Of a DNA stretch of 32,000 nucleotides, positions 1 through 7,911 are shown piece by piece (positions within the stretch are counted from its first letter, which is position 1; the number at the start of each line of letters is the position of its first letter). The translations under genes were made by a program, and so were the position numbers. A model generated the notes under the pieces. The model saw only the letters and a program-made list of their open reading frames with translations, was not told the DNA's origin and searched no databases. Source of the stretch: Halalkalibacterium halodurans (GTDB lineage Bacteria > Bacillota > Bacilli > Bacillales > Bacillaceae_D); contig NZ_SNUY01000047.1 of NCBI RefSeq assembly GCF_004376175.1, positions 1-32,000 of the forward strand. Reading direction: 5' to 3'.

Positions 1-51
1 CAAGGTCTCATGAGTCTAGCCGAGAGGTATCAAACAAGACGTTGGACTTAA
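1..51 (+). CDS. group II intron-encoded reverse transcriptase/maturase, extreme C-terminal fragment (runs off the 5' window edge)
   Basis: Frame 1 reads QGLMSLAERYQTRRWT then TAA at 49-51. A GL-x-SL motif near the C-terminus is typical of bacterial intron-encoded proteins as I recall them. It lies directly upstream of a domain V/VI-like RNA. Confidence 0.35.
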   Translation, partial: QGLMSLAERYQTRRWT

Positions 52-126
52 GTGAAACCGCCGTATACGGAACCGTACGTACGGTGGTGTGAGAGGTCGG
101 GGGTTCGTCACCCCCTCCTACTCGAT
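1..126 (+). mobile_element. 3' end of a group II intron (domain IV tail, domain V about 58-87, domain VI about 91-123); 3' boundary about 121-126
   Basis: 58-87 is CCGCCGTATACGGAACCGTACGTACGGTGG. This has the domain V core strands CCGUAU / ACGUACGG, a CGC triad and an AC bulge. 91-123 folds as GAGAGG-TC-GGGGG-loop-CCCCC-T-CCT[A120]CTC, with a bulged A 6 nt before a GAU end at 126. Confidence 0.55.
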
Positions 127-659
127 TGTCAAAAAGTAAAATCGTTTCTACAAGGAGGACCAAGAGATTTGCGGAAGCAAGGGAGAGACGGACTGAGCGT
201 ATATCAACATACGTGACAGGAGGAACGAGCGTAGCTGACAAAAAAGCGCGCCGGTCATCAAAGGAAAAAGGTGTGCTGAAGAGCGTGAATAAGATCTTTA
301 ATCGGAATATGAACTGTGTTTTATTATTAAAAAAGAGCGAAAAGTCCGATCCGATTAAAGGCCATATAGTTATATACTACTAATTTCTACTTATTTAATA
401 TTCCCATTCTAATCCAACTTGCTGCGGATTTCGTAAATTTTCAACTATCATTTCCCCTTATTTAAGCATTCAAACACGAGCTAATTTATTGTCGAAAACT
501 CTTCTAACTCATTTGAAGAGTGAATGCTGTTACTGCAATGTAGTAACCGTTTTCAATGATAACCCTGTATTGAAAAAGTCTGTAAGATATCCTCCCAAAC
601 TAATTATAATAATCAGATTTTTATGACAAAATGACATCGAAAAGTAAAGGGGGCGCGCA

Positions 660-2183
660 ATGAGTCTGGTTGAAATTTTTCGCTTTCGAAATGAGCGAAT
701 AAAAATATTGCACCTTACGTGGATCGCATTCTTCATCTCTTTTTTTACTTGGTTTAATATGGCTCCGTTAGCGACGACAATGATGGAATCAATGGATTGG
801 CTAACGCGTGAGCACATAGCGGCTTTAGCCATTATTAACGTTGCGTTGACGATTCCAGCCAGATTAATTATTGGGATGCTGTTAGACAGGTTTGGGCCAA
901 GAATTGTCTACTCTAGTTTGTTAGTTTTAATGGCAATCCCAGCGTTTATGTTCGCATTTGGTGATACGTGGACCCAATTAATGATTTCACGACTGTTGTT
1001 AAGTAGCATTGGTGCAAGTTTTGTCGTAGGGATTCGAATGGTGGCAGAGTGGTTTCCACCGAAAGATGTCGGATTTGCGGAAGGTATTTATGGCGGTTGG
1101 GGAAACTTCGGTTCAGCTGTAGCGGCTATGGTGTTACCTTGGTTTGCGATTACTATGTTCGGTGGACCAGAAGGTTGGCGCTACGCAATGGCATTTACCG
1201 GCGTTGTCTGTTTGATCTATGGAGTGATTTACTATCTGTTCGTGCGGGACACTCCAGAGGGAAAAACTTTTGTTCGAGCTAAACGTACAGGTGCAATGGA
1301 AGTGAGTAGCTGGAAAGACTTGATTTGGCTCATTGTTTGGACGATACCATTGCACGCGGCTCTAGGGGTATTGGCTTGGAGATTAGAAGGGATGGGCTTC
1401 CTTTCTGAAACCATTCTATACACCATCTATCTCGTATTAGCTGTCGCCCTTGTTTATCAGGTTTACACAATTTTAAAAGTCAATGTTCCATTACTCAAAA
1501 AAGGGATCCCTGAAGATGATCGGTACTCATTTAAAAATGTGGCCGCACTAAACAGTACGTACTTTGCGAACTTTGGTGCGGAGTTAGCGATTATCTCCAT
1601 GTTACCGATGTTCTTTCAGTTAACATTTTCTTTAACCCCCGGCCAAGCAGGGTTAATTGCTTCATCGTTTGCCTTTATTAACTTGTTTGCTAGACCGTTA
1701 GGCGGAATACTTTCAGATCGGATGGGCAGTCGCCGAAACATCATGCTCGTCTATATGGCAGGTATTACGATTGGCCTAGTTGGAATGGGATTCATGGATT
1801 CAAACTGGCCACTAGTGGTCGCCATCTTAATCACCGTGTTTACATCGGTCTTTATTCAAGGTGCTGAGGGAGCTACATTCGCTGTCATTCCAATGATTAA
1901 AAAGAGAATGACCGGTCAGGTTGCTGGAATGGCTGGAGCTTACGGAAATGTAGGGGCGACGATTTACTTAACGTTATACACGTTCGTCACACCACAGCAG
2001 TTCTTCTTCATCCTAGCTGGAGGAGCCCTTGCAAGCTTTGTCATATGTTACTTCTGGCTAGAGGAACCGGAGAATTCATTCGCTAGCGAATACGCTCTAT
2101 CTTCAGTTGATGAACAGGCTGTCCAAGAAGCAGAAGTTAGCGAGGCGGAAGAATCCGTGGTCGTACAAAAGAAAGTGTTATAA
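660..2183 (+). CDS. nasA: nitrate/nitrite transporter, MFS nitrate-nitrite porter family (NarK/NasA type)
   Basis: 507-aa ORF with about 12 hydrophobic segments and MFS-like motifs (GMLLDRFGPR, FARPLGGILSDRMG). SD AAAGGGGG lies 7 nt upstream of the ATG. It is first in a nitrate assimilation gene string. Confidence 0.85.
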   Translation: MSLVEIFRFRNERIKILHLTWIAFFISFFTWFNMAPLATTMMESMDWLTREHIAALAIINVALTIPARLIIGMLLDRFGPRIVYSSLLVLMAIPAFMFAFGDTWTQLMISRLLLSSIGASFVVGIRMVAEWFPPKDVGFAEGIYGGWGNFGSAVAAMVLPWFAITMFGGPEGWRYAMAFTGVVCLIYGVIYYLFVRDTPEGKTFVRAKRTGAMEVSSWKDLIWLIVWTIPLHAALGVLAWRLEGMGFLSETILYTIYLVLAVALVYQVYTILKVNVPLLKKGIPEDDRYSFKNVAALNSTYFANFGAELAIISMLPMFFQLTFSLTPGQAGLIASSFAFINLFARPLGGILSDRMGSRRNIMLVYMAGITIGLVGMGFMDSNWPLVVAILITVFTSVFIQGAEGATFAVIPMIKKRMTGQVAGMAGAYGNVGATIYLTLYTFVTPQQFFFILAGGALASFVICYFWLEEPENSFASEYALSSVDEQAVQEAEVSEAEESVVVQKKVL

Positions 2184-2212
2184 CAAACAGGATTAAAAGG
2201 GGGAGACGCTGT

Positions 2213-4636
2213 ATGAAAGAAAAGTTAGTAGTTGTCGGAAACGGGATGGCAGGAATTCGAACCGTCGAAGAACTTTTTGAAAGAGGCGGACACGAACGGT
2301 ATGAAGTAACAGTAGTTGGAGAAGAGCCCCACGTAAACTATAACCGAATTCTCCTTTCGTCTGTTCTCGCAAGTGAAGCGAACATGGAGGACATTGAGCT
2401 AAACTCATTGGATTGGTATCGCGAAAACGATGTGGCGTTATACCGTTCTGAGAAAGTAACAAAATTAGATCGTAAAAAGAAAGTTGTTTTGACAGATAAA
2501 GGACAAAAAATTGCTTATGATAAAGTAATTTTGGCAACTGGCTCCCACCCTTTTATGCTTCCACTACCAGGAAGTGATTTAGAAGGGGTCATTGCCTTTC
2601 GAAACATTGAAGACTGTGAAACGATGATCGAAACGGCTAAAAATTATAAAAAGGCGGTTGTCATCGGTGGTGGGTTGCTAGGGATTGAAGCAGCAAGAGG
2701 GTTGCTAAACCTAGGGATGGAAGTAGAAGTCGTTCATATTTTTGATTATTTAATGGAGCGCCAACTTGACCGAACCGCTGCAAACATTTTACGCACAGAG
2801 CTAGAAAATCAAGGAATGAAGTTTTTGTTAGAAAAACAGACAGAGGCTATCATTGGAAAAGGCCGCGTTGAACGTGTCAAATTTAAGGATGGTACGGAAA
2901 CAAGGGCAGACCTTGTTGTCATGGCCGTTGGGATTCGTCCGAACCATGAAGTTGCGTCTGCTAGTGGGATTGAGGTTAATCGCGGAATTGTCGTAGATGA
3001 CTACATGCAAACGAGCGATCCAGATGTCTATGCTGTCGGAGAATGTGCCGAGCATCGCGGGATGGTATACGGTCTTGTAGCTCCATTATGGGAGCAAGGG
3101 AAAATTTTGGCCAATGCATTAATGGATAACAAGGATGAGAAGTACGAAGGATCCGTTTTATACTCGAAGTTAAAGGTATCCGGAGTACAAGTGTTTTCAG
3201 TTGGAGAATTCCAAGAGCAAGATGATGCCAAGTCTGTCAGCATGCTTGATGAGTTTGCCGGGATCTATAAAAAGATCGTCACACGTGGAGACAAAATTGT
3301 CGGCTCGATTTTAGTTGGGGATACGAGCGAAAGCACCATTCTCCTCAATCAAATTATAAAAGGGGTACCTTTTGAAGGGTCACCGATGCAGCTTCTACGC
3401 TCTCATGTAGGATCAGCGGATGACGGTGTCTCGGCAGTCTCCATGTTAAGCAACGAAGATCAAGTATGCGGCTGTAACGGGGTGTCGAAGGGTGCTATTA
3501 TCGATGCGATCAAAACCCAAGGCTGTGCAAGTGTTGCCGATGTAGGCGCATGTACGACAGCAGGTCGCTCATGTGGAACGTGTAAGCCGATGATCGCTGA
3601 CCTTCTCGCGGAAGAGTTAGGAGAAACGGCGAATGAAAAAGAAACAATGTGTGGCTGTACAGACCTTTCTCATGAAGAAGTCGTTGCAGCGATTCGCGAA
3701 AAAGGTCTCACCCATACACGGGAAGTGATGAATGTACTTGGTTGGAAGGAAGAGCATGGCTGTTCAAAGTGCCGACCGGCGATCAATTATTACCTTGCGA
3801 TGGTACATCCTCTTGAGCACGAGGATGAGCGTGAATCTCGGTTTGTCAATGAGCGCCTCCATGCCAATATCCAAAAAGATGGAACGTACTCAGTCGTTCC
3901 GCGAATGTACGGTGGCGTTACCAATCCTGATGAATTAAGACGGATTGCGGATGTAGCGGAAAAATTTAACGTCCCTCTCCTAAAGATTACTGGGGGGCAA
4001 CGGATTGACTTACTCGGTGTGAAAAAAGAAGACGTTCCAAGCGTCTGGAAAGAGCTCGATATGCCTTCTGGCTATGCGTACGGGAAAGCACTCCGTACAG
4101 TCAAGACGTGTGTCGGTGAAGATTTCTGCCGTTTTGGCACGCAGGATTCCATCGGTCTCGGGATTGCGATCGAGAAAAAATTCGAGCGGTTGAATACACC
4201 TCATAAAGTGAAAATGGCCGTATCAGCATGTCCGCGAAACTGTGCAGAATCTGGAATCAAAGATGTAGGCATTGTCGGCGTTGAAGGAGCTTGGGAAATT
4301 TATGTTGGTGGTAATGGTGGTGCCAGTCTTCGTCTCGGCGATCTGATGTGCCGTGTGAAAACAAGTGAAGAAGTACTTGAAATCATCGGCGCTTTCCTAC
4401 AATTATATCGCGAAGAAGCTCGCTATTTAGAGCGTACGTCTCATTGGGTTGAGCGAGTGGGACTGGATTATATTAAAGAAACTCTCCTTGAGCATCCAGA
4501 AAACCGTAAAGTACTCAACGAGCGGATGGATGAGGCTTTATCTGTGCTTACAGATCCGTGGGAGGAAATTAACAACGATCCTTCTTTGAAAGAAACGTTG
4601 TTTGAGGAAAAAGTAGCGGTAGTCACTAGTGAATAA
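2213..4636 (+). CDS. nasD: assimilatory nitrite reductase [NAD(P)H] large subunit (NirB/NasD)
   Basis: 807 aa. N-terminal FAD fold VVVGNGMAG and NAD(P)H fold VVIGGGLLGIEAA. BFD-like 2Fe-2S cysteines (CGCNGVSKG, CGTCKP; CGCTD, CSKCRP). Siroheme/4Fe-4S motifs CVGEDFCRFG and SACPRNCAES. SD AAAGGGGGAG. Confidence 0.92.
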   Translation: MKEKLVVVGNGMAGIRTVEELFERGGHERYEVTVVGEEPHVNYNRILLSSVLASEANMEDIELNSLDWYRENDVALYRSEKVTKLDRKKKVVLTDKGQKIAYDKVILATGSHPFMLPLPGSDLEGVIAFRNIEDCETMIETAKNYKKAVVIGGGLLGIEAARGLLNLGMEVEVVHIFDYLMERQLDRTAANILRTELENQGMKFLLEKQTEAIIGKGRVERVKFKDGTETRADLVVMAVGIRPNHEVASASGIEVNRGIVVDDYMQTSDPDVYAVGECAEHRGMVYGLVAPLWEQGKILANALMDNKDEKYEGSVLYSKLKVSGVQVFSVGEFQEQDDAKSVSMLDEFAGIYKKIVTRGDKIVGSILVGDTSESTILLNQIIKGVPFEGSPMQLLRSHVGSADDGVSAVSMLSNEDQVCGCNGVSKGAIIDAIKTQGCASVADVGACTTAGRSCGTCKPMIADLLAEELGETANEKETMCGCTDLSHEEVVAAIREKGLTHTREVMNVLGWKEEHGCSKCRPAINYYLAMVHPLEHEDERESRFVNERLHANIQKDGTYSVVPRMYGGVTNPDELRRIADVAEKFNVPLLKITGGQRIDLLGVKKEDVPSVWKELDMPSGYAYGKALRTVKTCVGEDFCRFGTQDSIGLGIAIEKKFERLNTPHKVKMAVSACPRNCAESGIKDVGIVGVEGAWEIYVGGNGGASLRLGDLMCRVKTSEEVLEIIGAFLQLYREEARYLERTSHWVERVGLDYIKETLLEHPENRKVLNERMDEALSVLTDPWEEINNDPSLKETLFEEKVAVVTSE

Positions 4637-4648
4637 GGGGGTCAAAAG

Positions 4649-4972
4649 ATGAACGTTCAAGCATCAACAAAAACGTATTTTATTGGTAATGTAGACGATT
4701 TCCCAGTGAAGTTAGGGAGAGATATCTCGATTGATGGCGTGAAAATGGCCGTGTTTAAATTAGAGAGTGGACAAATCAAAGCCATTCAAAACAAGTGCCC
4801 TCACAAAGGGGGACCACTTGCGGAAGGAATTGTATCAGGAGAACATGTTTTTTGCCCACTTCATGATTGGAAAATATCGTTACAGGACGGAATGGTTCAA
4901 TATCCGGATGAAGGCTGTGTAACGACTTTCAAGACGACAGTGACTGATGGGAAGGTATACGTGCATATGTAA
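4649..4972 (+). CDS. nasE: nitrite reductase small subunit, Rieske-like (NirD/NasE)
   Basis: 107 aa with CPHKGGPL ... CPLHDW, the NirD-type Rieske-fold signature. It starts 12 nt after the nasD stop, with SD AAGGGGG. Confidence 0.88.
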   Translation: MNVQASTKTYFIGNVDDFPVKLGRDISIDGVKMAVFKLESGQIKAIQNKCPHKGGPLAEGIVSGEHVFCPLHDWKISLQDGMVQYPDEGCVTTFKTTVTDGKVYVHM

Positions 4973-4978
4973 ACCTGA

Positions 4979-7231
4979 TTGAAAAAGGGGCGTCTTGCGT
5001 TGGAAGAGATGATTCAGTTTTTCCGTGAAAAACAAAAACAACAAGGGAAGGAAGCTAGGTACGATACAAGGTGTCCGTTTTGCAGTGTCCAATGCTCTAT
5101 GACACTAACTGAGGAAAAGCTAGTGGCAACGAGCCGCTTTAAAGCAATCCCAAATAAACAGGACCCTACATCTGAAGGTAGGCTTTGTATTAAGGGAGTT
5201 CATGCCCATCAACATACGGTTCATCGTGAACGCATTCGCCAGCCGTTGGTCAAGACAGGCGGTGCGTTTGTGGAAACATCTTGGGAGGTAGCCCTTGGGC
5301 TTATCGCAGAACGATTCAAGCGTCTGCAAAAAAGCTATGGACAAGATGCTGTAGGTGTCTTTGGCGGAGGCTCTCTTACGAATGAAGAAGCCTACCTATT
5401 AGGGAAGTTTGCTAGATTAGCCTTAGGGACACGTTACATTGATTACAATGGACGTTACTGCATGAGCTCAGCGGCCGCGGCTGCCAATTTGACGTTTGGT
5501 GTGGATCGCGGCCTCACAAATGAACTGCGGGAAGTCGAGGATGCCGAGTGCATCGTGTTAGCAGGGACAAATCTTGCAGAATGCCAACCTACACTAATGC
5601 CGTATCTCCGTCGAGCGAAAAAGAACGGAGCGTTTATTATCGTTCTCGATCCTCGGGAAACGGGGACAACGAAAATCGCGAACTTGCATTTGAAACCAAA
5701 GCCCGGCACCGATGGGGCGATTGCTGCGGGGATGTTCAAAGTATTGATCGAGGAGGAACTGATCGATCGTACGTTTATTGAAGCACGAACGAATGGGTTT
5801 GAGCAAGTGAAGTCGGAGCTGCAAGAGATAGCATTGGCGGAGCTTGCTCTTGCAGCAGGCGTTCCAGAGGAGCAAATTCGTGAAGCAGCGATTCGTTTTG
5901 GCGAAGCACAAACAGGCATGATCTTTACGGCACGCGGGGTAGAACAGCAAGCAACTGGAACCGCTGATGTCAGACAATTCCTCCACATTTTATTGGCGAC
6001 TGGGAAGATCGGTCGCTATGCTTGTGGCTATGGTGCTGTAACGGGTCAAGGAAATGGGCAAGGTGGTCGAGAGCATGGGCAAAAAGCGGATCAGCTTCCA
6101 GGGTATCGTTCCATCGAATCGCCTGAAGATCGAGCCTATATTGCGTCGGTATGGAATGTCGAGGAAAAGGATATCCCGCGAAAAGGCGTTTCTGCGTTTG
6201 AATTGTTTCAAAAGATTGACCAGCAGGACGTTCGCGGAATGTTTATTATGGGGTCTAACCCAGTCCTCTCAAGTCCTCATGAAAACTTAGTGAAGCGAGC
6301 ATTGTCTCGATTGGATGTACTAGTTGTAGTCGATATGTTTATCTCAGAAACAGCAGAGTATGCAGATATCATTTTGCCGACAACCTCTTATTTAGAAGAT
6401 GAAGGTACGATGACAAACTTTGAAGGGCGTGTGGTCCATCGTCCAGGTTCAAAACCGCCTTTTGGAAAAGCGAAGCATGACTGGCAAATTCTCTGTGAAT
6501 TAGCCGAGGCGTTAGACCGATCTCATGGCTTTCAATTTTCCTCCCCCGAGGAGATTTTCAATGAGCTTTGCCTTGCCTCTAAAGGGGGAAAAGCGGATTA
6601 CAGCGGACTCTCCTATGAGAAAATCAAAGGGGAAGGTGTCCTTTGGCCATGTCCTACAAAAGAGCATGAAGGAACGGGCCGATTGTTCGAAGACCGCTTT
6701 TATACAGAGAATGGACGGGCGCAGTTTGGTTCTGTGCACTGCCCAGTCGATTCGGAAAACGGTGAGTACCCCTTATTGCTCACAACGGGCCGTGTTCTTA
6801 CTCAATACTTGTCGGGCACACAAACGAGGCGGAGCGATGCGTTATTGTCCAAAGAGCCCGAACCATTCGTTCTTCTCCATCCAGAAACAGCCTCTTCTTA
6901 TCAAATTCAAGATGAGGATTGGGTAATGGTTCGTTCTCCTTATGGCGAGGCAAAATTGAAAGCAAGGCAGTCAGAAGGAATTCGCGAAGATACTGTGTTC
7001 GTGCCGTTCCATTGGGCTGGTTCTGTATCGATCAACCATGTTGTCGCACCAGAGCTTGATCCAACATCACGCATGCCTGCCTTTAAGCGAACGAAGGTGC
7101 AATTAATGAAAATAATTGAAGAAAAAGGCGAGAGTTGGTATTCTGGACAAAAGAACGATAGACAGGAGTCTGAGAATACCGATGACATACTCGATCCAGT
7201 CCATTCAGGTGGGGTTGCCAAAAACCGTTGA
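4979..7231 (+). CDS. nasC: assimilatory nitrate reductase catalytic subunit (molybdopterin oxidoreductase, NasC type)
   Basis: N-terminal 4Fe-4S motif CPFCSVQCSM...RLCIKG. Molybdopterin oxidoreductase and C-terminal MGD-binding domain (FVPFHWAGSVSINHV, MPAFKRTKV). The start is uncertain: TTG 4979 has no SD, and ATG 5009 (MIQFFREKQ...) aligns better with the B. subtilis NasC N-terminus as I recall it. Confidence 0.88.
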   Translation: MKKGRLALEEMIQFFREKQKQQGKEARYDTRCPFCSVQCSMTLTEEKLVATSRFKAIPNKQDPTSEGRLCIKGVHAHQHTVHRERIRQPLVKTGGAFVETSWEVALGLIAERFKRLQKSYGQDAVGVFGGGSLTNEEAYLLGKFARLALGTRYIDYNGRYCMSSAAAAANLTFGVDRGLTNELREVEDAECIVLAGTNLAECQPTLMPYLRRAKKNGAFIIVLDPRETGTTKIANLHLKPKPGTDGAIAAGMFKVLIEEELIDRTFIEARTNGFEQVKSELQEIALAELALAAGVPEEQIREAAIRFGEAQTGMIFTARGVEQQATGTADVRQFLHILLATGKIGRYACGYGAVTGQGNGQGGREHGQKADQLPGYRSIESPEDRAYIASVWNVEEKDIPRKGVSAFELFQKIDQQDVRGMFIMGSNPVLSSPHENLVKRALSRLDVLVVVDMFISETAEYADIILPTTSYLEDEGTMTNFEGRVVHRPGSKPPFGKAKHDWQILCELAEALDRSHGFQFSSPEEIFNELCLASKGGKADYSGLSYEKIKGEGVLWPCPTKEHEGTGRLFEDRFYTENGRAQFGSVHCPVDSENGEYPLLLTTGRVLTQYLSGTQTRRSDALLSKEPEPFVLLHPETASSYQIQDEDWVMVRSPYGEAKLKARQSEGIREDTVFVPFHWAGSVSINHVVAPELDPTSRMPAFKRTKVQLMKIIEEKGESWYSGQKNDRQESENTDDILDPVHSGGVAKNR

Positions 7232-7826
7232 TTACAAAGGGAAGGAAGTCACCACAAGCATCTTTAAGGAGCCGGTTACGGGTCCCGTCAAGCTTATGAA
7301 AACAGGCGTCGAAGGAGATCAGCAGGCCGATTTGATCAATCACGGCGGTGTAGATAAAGCTGTTTGCGTCTATCCGCTTGATCATTATTCTTATTGGGGG
7401 GATAAGCTCGGTGGAAGCTTGGGGCCTGCTGCATTCGGTGAGAATTTGACAGTTATCGCGCTGACGGAAGAGCAAGCTCATATTGGTGATACGTTCCGAG
7501 TGGGAGAGGCTCTCGTACAAGTGAGCCAGCCGCGCATGCCGTGCTTTAAGTTAAATGTAAAGCATGGGGTGACAAAATTTCCGTTATGGATTCAAGAAAC
7601 GGGATGGAGTGGCTTTTACTTACGTGTTCTTGAAGAAGGAAATGTGCGTGTAGGGGATACCTTTTCTCTCGTCGATCGTGTCGAGGGTCACCCGACTGTT
7701 CTAGAGGTCAACCAATTGTATTATCCAAAGGACATCAATAAAGAGCAGCTTAGACGAATGAGTCAATTACCGGAATTAGCAGATGCTTGGAAAAAGGCAT
7801 TTAGCAAAAAGCTAGCAAACGCATGA
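7182..7826 (+). CDS. MOSC domain protein (YiiM-like, with C-terminal 3-alpha domain)
   Basis: MTYSIQSIQVGLPKTV..., ADLINHGG, and the conserved Cys in QPRMPCFKL. ATG 7182 is preferred over the track start 7116 because AGGAG sits at 7164-7168. It overlaps the nasC 3' end by 50 nt in another frame. Confidence 0.75.
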   Translation: MTYSIQSIQVGLPKTVDYKGKEVTTSIFKEPVTGPVKLMKTGVEGDQQADLINHGGVDKAVCVYPLDHYSYWGDKLGGSLGPAAFGENLTVIALTEEQAHIGDTFRVGEALVQVSQPRMPCFKLNVKHGVTKFPLWIQETGWSGFYLRVLEEGNVRVGDTFSLVDRVEGHPTVLEVNQLYYPKDINKEQLRRMSQLPELADAWKKAFSKKLANA

Positions 7827-7846
7827 CAAAAAGTCATGCGTTTTTT
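7819..7846 (+). terminator. intrinsic terminator ending the nas-MOSC operon
   Basis: ACGCATGAC-AAAAA-GTCATGCGT hairpin followed by TTTTTT, overlapping the MOSC stop codon. Confidence 0.65.
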
Positions 7847-7911
7847 GCATGATGTGCCTCATTTTGGAAATCATAACCGGTATGATGTACCTCAGAGGTA
7901 GGTGACCAAAA

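Noticed and set aside
8-241. 77-aa - strand ORF
   Set aside because: It lies antisense across the group II intron domain V/VI RNA and has no SD. It is a chance ORF.
126-383. 85-aa + strand ORF just after the intron end
   Set aside because: TTG start with no SD, and a highly basic, low-complexity product from a purine-rich tract. I recognise no family. It is more likely non-coding flank.
529-547. GTTACT-N7-AGTAAC read as a possible TnrA/GlnR box
   Set aside because: The half-sites and spacing do not fit TGTNA-N7-TNACA. It is reported only as an unassigned inverted repeat.
631-663. 10-codon uORF (MTSKSKGGAQ) whose TGA overlaps the nasA ATG
   Set aside because: It has no SD of its own, and it simply contains the nasA SD read as codons.
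530-832. 100-aa - strand ORF overlapping the nasA start
   Set aside because: It is antisense to a well-supported transporter gene and its promoter region, and its composition is the mirror of nasA codons.
5455-5988. 177-aa and 130-aa - strand ORFs inside nasC
   Set aside because: These are shadow ORFs antisense to a conserved molybdoenzyme gene. Their Ala/Ser/Arg-rich products are typical of antisense frames.
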